From the IMG/VR virus record IMGVR_UViG_3300043419_000731, positions 1 to 64,000 of that record: a stretch of DNA of 64,000 nt, one strand, 5' to 3'. Below the pieces are notes generated by a model that had not been told where the DNA came from, made no database searches, and worked only from the letters and a program-made list of their open reading frames with translations. The first letter of the stretch is position 1. The number at the start of each line of letters is the position of its first letter. The position numbers and the translations under genes were made by a program. The DNA is from a virus. This document shows positions 61,706 to 64,000 of the stretch, piece by piece.

Positions 61706-61733
61706 AGAGCAGTTTGGCGACATACTCAGGTCG
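61706..61733 (-). ncRNA. H-type pseudoknot motif, copy B
   Basis: CGAC-CTGAGTAT-GTCG-CCAAACT-GCTCT. Confidence 0.7.
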
Positions 61734-61742
61734 TTGGATTAG

Positions 61743-62159
61743 TTAGAGATAACGAGCAATTTGCTTCATTGTTGAAGCATTAACTGTTTCCTCATCTGTC
61801 ATCTTTAGAATTGTGAGAGCATTTGTGATGTCCTCTACAATTTCGTTGTATGAGTGCTGGTGCATAATTGTAAAATCACGCTGTGGCTCTGTTGGCAAAT
61901 CTTTCTCTGCAACTGTCAAATCAAAGTCAATGTTGAGAGTGTTATTCCAAGAGCGATAAGAAGTGCGAAGGTTCTCTGACTTCTTGATGTTTGCGATTGC
62001 ATAATCCTGAAGTTCCTTCTGCCAAATCTTACGAGCCTTTTCATACTTAGCCTCGTTTGCGCCTTGCTCAGCATACTCTTTCTTGATTGTTGCTAACTTT
62101 GTTTCCAAAGCCTTAATTACCTTTGGTGTTGCCACCTTTACTGTGATTGCTCTTGACAT
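61743..62159 (-). CDS. Hypothetical coiled-coil protein
   Basis: ORF track; promoter plus GAAAGAGG RBS. Confidence 0.7.
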   Translation of the reverse strand: MSRAITVKVATPKVIKALETKLATIKKEYAEQGANEAKYEKARKIWQKELQDYAIANIKKSENLRTSYRSWNNTLNIDFDLTVAEKDLPTEPQRDFTIMHQHSYNEIVEDITNALTILKMTDEETVNASTMKQIARYL

Positions 62160-62298
62160 TTTTCCTCTTTCGTTGGTTGGTTGATGTTATGAGTATTATA
62201 GCAGGGGGGTCTGACATTTCCCCCGAAGGGGGGAGAGTTCTTACTTACGACATTGGGCTAGAACACTCTCCTAAACTGCCCCTGTTTCGATTATTTAG

Positions 62299-62475
62299 TT
62301 ATACTAGAGAACTTGCTGAAACTGTTGTCCAGCGTGTTTCCTTCGTTGGCATTTCTAGCAACACACGCACCGAGCCAGATGCTTGTGGGTGGATTTCTTT
62401 AATCACACCTGTCTTCTTTGACTTGAGGGTGGTGAATAAATCTCCAACCTGATACAACTTGTCTTGTATTGTCAT
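62299..62475 (-). CDS. Small SH3-like beta protein
   Basis: MTIQDKLYQVGDLFTT..KTGVIKEI..; GAAGGAAG RBS. Confidence 0.6.
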   Translation of the reverse strand: MTIQDKLYQVGDLFTTLKSKKTGVIKEIHPQASGSVRVLLEMPTKETRWTTVSASSLV

Positions 62476-62563
62476 TTGCTTCCTTCTTTCTGTGTAGGGT
62501 AGTATTGTAGCATTGGGGTCTGACATCTGTCTAGCCCTATCTCACTATTTGAGAGAATTATTG

Positions 62564-62579
62564 TGTGATTAGTATCACA
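62564..62579. promoter_or_regulatory. Perfect CRP/GlxR-type palindrome TGTGA-N6-TCACA
   Basis: TGTGATTAGTATCACA. Confidence 0.6.
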
Positions 62580-62715
62580 AGTAGTCGGTTAGGTCGCCAT
62601 CCATTATTTCGCTGACATCCACGCCTTCAGACTCAGCAATTGCATCCCATAGATCGGATTCTGTAAAATCTCCTTCAGGGTGCCACTCAGCTAAAATCTC
62701 ATAGACATTACTCAT
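62575..62715 (-). CDS. Acidic microprotein (46 aa)
   Basis: Read manually; GGAGG RBS. Confidence 0.55.
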   Translation of the reverse strand: MSNVYEILAEWHPEGDFTESDLWDAIAESEGVDVSEIMDGDLTDYL

Positions 62716-62983
62716 CGTAGTCCTCCTGTGGTAGCCAAGCATCTAGGTGGTGAGCATCTACGATAGCCGATGCAGGGCAAGTATCTTGACCTCGCCAAAA
62801 TACGCCTTCAGGAAGGCTAATCTCACGGGAGTAGTCCTCCTCATAGTATGCGTCAATTGCTTCGATGCAAGCATCTACCATAGCGACGGGGACGGGTGGA
62901 TAATGATTAGCCTGAAGGTGATAAGCAAGTCCAGCCTCAAGTGATAAATCTTCTGCAAGTCCTACTGCGGTTGTGTATCCCAT
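62708..62983 (-). CDS. Hypothetical protein
   Basis: 'HLQ.NHYPPVP..MV..C..AI' conserved-looking motif. Confidence 0.7.
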   Translation of the reverse strand: MGYTTAVGLAEDLSLEAGLAYHLQANHYPPVPVAMVDACIEAIDAYYEEDYSREISLPEGVFWRGQDTCPASAIVDAHHLDAWLPQEDYDE

Positions 62984-63057
62984 TTTATTTCCTTTGTTCG
63001 TTGGTTGATAAGAGTATTGTATCAGGGGGCACTGACATTATCAGTGCCCCCATTAGA

Positions 63058-63276
63058 TTATTTAGAGATAGATAGTTCTGCCCAAGAGTAGCCCGTGTTT
63101 GCAACTTCCAAAACCTTTGCTATTTCTAGTGCAGCGTGTGTTGCTTCTGAACACATCTTTGTAAGTTCATCCTCAGATAAAGATAATAGGGCAGGCAGTA
63201 ATCGAGCCTCAATTTTATCTAGGTCAATAGTAGCCATAAAACTAACTGTGTGTGGTACTTTCATTACATTAGCCAT
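63058..63276 (-). CDS. Hypothetical protein
   Basis: ORF track; promoter plus RBS. Confidence 0.6.
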   Translation of the reverse strand: MANVMKVPHTVSFMATIDLDKIEARLLPALLSLSEDELTKMCSEATHAALEIAKVLEVANTGYSWAELSISK

Positions 63277-63360
63277 TTGTTGCCTTTCGTTGTTGGTATG
63301 AGAGTATTATAGCCGAAGCCACTGACATTTCATAATCCATTTACGGCGTGTCGCAGCTTT

Positions 63361-63419
63361 TGTGAGAATGATCACAAATTTTCAGGGTCTGTGGATAACT
63401 CCCGTAAGCCTGTGGAAAA
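63361..63419. promoter_or_regulatory. Perfect CRP-type site, TTTTCAGGG motif and DnaA boxes
   Basis: TGTGAGAATGATCACA 63361-63376; TGTGGATAA 63390-63398; TGTGGAAAA 63411-63419. Confidence 0.65.
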
Positions 63420-63451
63420 CCCCCCACAAAAGAGAGGGCCTGCATATTTAT

Positions 63452-63565
63452 TCAGTCTTCTGAATATCTATGCTTGCGCTTTCGTGTATATTTTTTCTTA
63501 TTGCGAACAGGGGTTGCGGCATTTGATCTCCGCAACTCCTGCACACGCTTAATTCTATTCAACAC
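63452..63565 (-). CDS. Highly basic microprotein (37 aa)
   Basis: ..RIKRVQELRRSNAATPVRNKKKYTRKRKHRYSED. Confidence 0.6.
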   Translation of the reverse strand: MLNRIKRVQELRRSNAATPVRNKKKYTRKRKHRYSED

Positions 63566-63659
63566 ATTTGCATTTCTTAACACTTAACACATCTCCTTCA
63601 ATATATACCGCACCAAAATCTTCACAACTATCACACACAAACATTTCTACCAGTTGCAT
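63555..63659 (-). CDS. Cys-containing microprotein (34 aa)
   Basis: MQLVEMFVCDSCEDFG...KCKCVE. Confidence 0.5.
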   Translation of the reverse strand: MQLVEMFVCDSCEDFGAVYIEGDVLSVKKCKCVE

Positions 63660-63845
63660 TTATTTAGCCGCCTTCATCTTGTAGTTACTTGCTTCGTGAA
63701 ATCTTACGACATCAAATCGTGGATTATCTTTTGCAAACATCTCCGCAAAATCTGTAACGACCTTAGAAAATAAAGCGGGGTGAGTTTTGTTGCTCATATA
63801 GTTTAGAATTTCGGCAGTTGCCACATAATCTTTGCGAGTCATCAT
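63660..63845 (-). CDS. Hypothetical protein
   Basis: 'MTRKDYV..A.IL...DNPRFD..RF..A' motif. Confidence 0.7.
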   Translation of the reverse strand: MMTRKDYVATAEILNYMSNKTHPALFSKVVTDFAEMFAKDNPRFDVVRFHEASNYKMKAAK

Positions 63846-64000
63846 TTTGTTACGACCTTTCGTCCTTCACGATAAAATATGCGTGTATACATTTTGCCAG
63901 TTGGCATTTGGAGATTTACAGTTGCGTATTCATTAGCCCAACCCCAATCAACAAAATTGTTAAATGCGGTGAAAGCCTCTAAAGCGTCGGCATAGTTCTT
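63842..64000 (-). CDS. Hypothetical protein (5' end outside window)
   Basis: Open frame to window edge ending ...MYTRIFYREGRKVVTK. Confidence 0.55.
   Translation of the reverse strand, partial: KNYADALEAFTAFNNFVDWGWANEYATVNLQMPTGKMYTRIFYREGRKVVTK

Larger units (their letters stand above)
56766..63327 (-). repeat. Nine dispersed TGTCAG-N10-TAYAAT promoter elements
   Basis: Copies at 56766-56787, 58113-58134, 59802-59823, 59985-60006, 61263-61284, 62195-62216, 62504-62525, 63016-63037, 63306-63327. Confidence 0.85.

Noticed and set aside
1-64000. Stop-codon reassignment (alternative genetic code)
   Set aside because: Standard-code ORFs tile the window without gaps. TAG and TGA end genes at sensible positions, and no suppressor tRNA was found.

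Overview
This is a 64 kb, gene-dense, AT-rich segment of a large tailed dsDNA phage. The host is almost certainly a low-GC freshwater Actinobacterium (acI/Nanopelagicales-like), inferred from a WhiB-family gene, an Lsr2-type DNA-binding domain, a DnaE polymerase and an actinobacterial-style secreted surface protein. All calls come from motif recognition by eye; no searches were run. Plus strand, 1-54.6 kb: the end of the tail module; a replication/recombination module (DnaB, DnaG, SSB, DnaE, MazG, RecA, resolvases, Cas4-like exonuclease); terminase; an SGNH-like pair plus carbamoyltransferase; a cluster of 8 tRNAs with structured spacers; then a long accessory region. The accessory region holds four 2OG-Fe(II) oxygenases (one lies earlier, in the replication module), Dps-like, IMPDH/GMPR, CHAP endolysin, SNase, Hsp20, a PA14 surface protein, 2 tRNAs, WhiB, Ntn and S8 proteases, thioredoxin, an S-layer-like protein, radical SAM/SPASM with Cys-rich micropeptides, cystathionine lyase and a GT60 glycosyltransferase. 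A 550 bp non-coding, origin-like junction (54.6-55.15 kb) separates this from a minus-strand early-type region of small genes, DUF932 and tRNA-Asp. The strongest unexplained signals are: (i) nine copies of a TGTCAG-N10-TAYAAT promoter, neighboured by CRP-like palindromes, DnaA boxes and a six-copy TTTCAGGG-N14-16-CGTAA motif; (ii) a three-copy pseudoknot RNA motif whose stem covaries inside this genome; (iii) twelve promoters with the -10 box exactly 6 nt before ATG (leaderless mRNAs); (iv) a radical SAM/SPASM gene followed by Cys-rich and CxxCGC micropeptides; (v) an adjacent prolyl-hydroxylase-like plus Gnt1/GT60-like gene pair.
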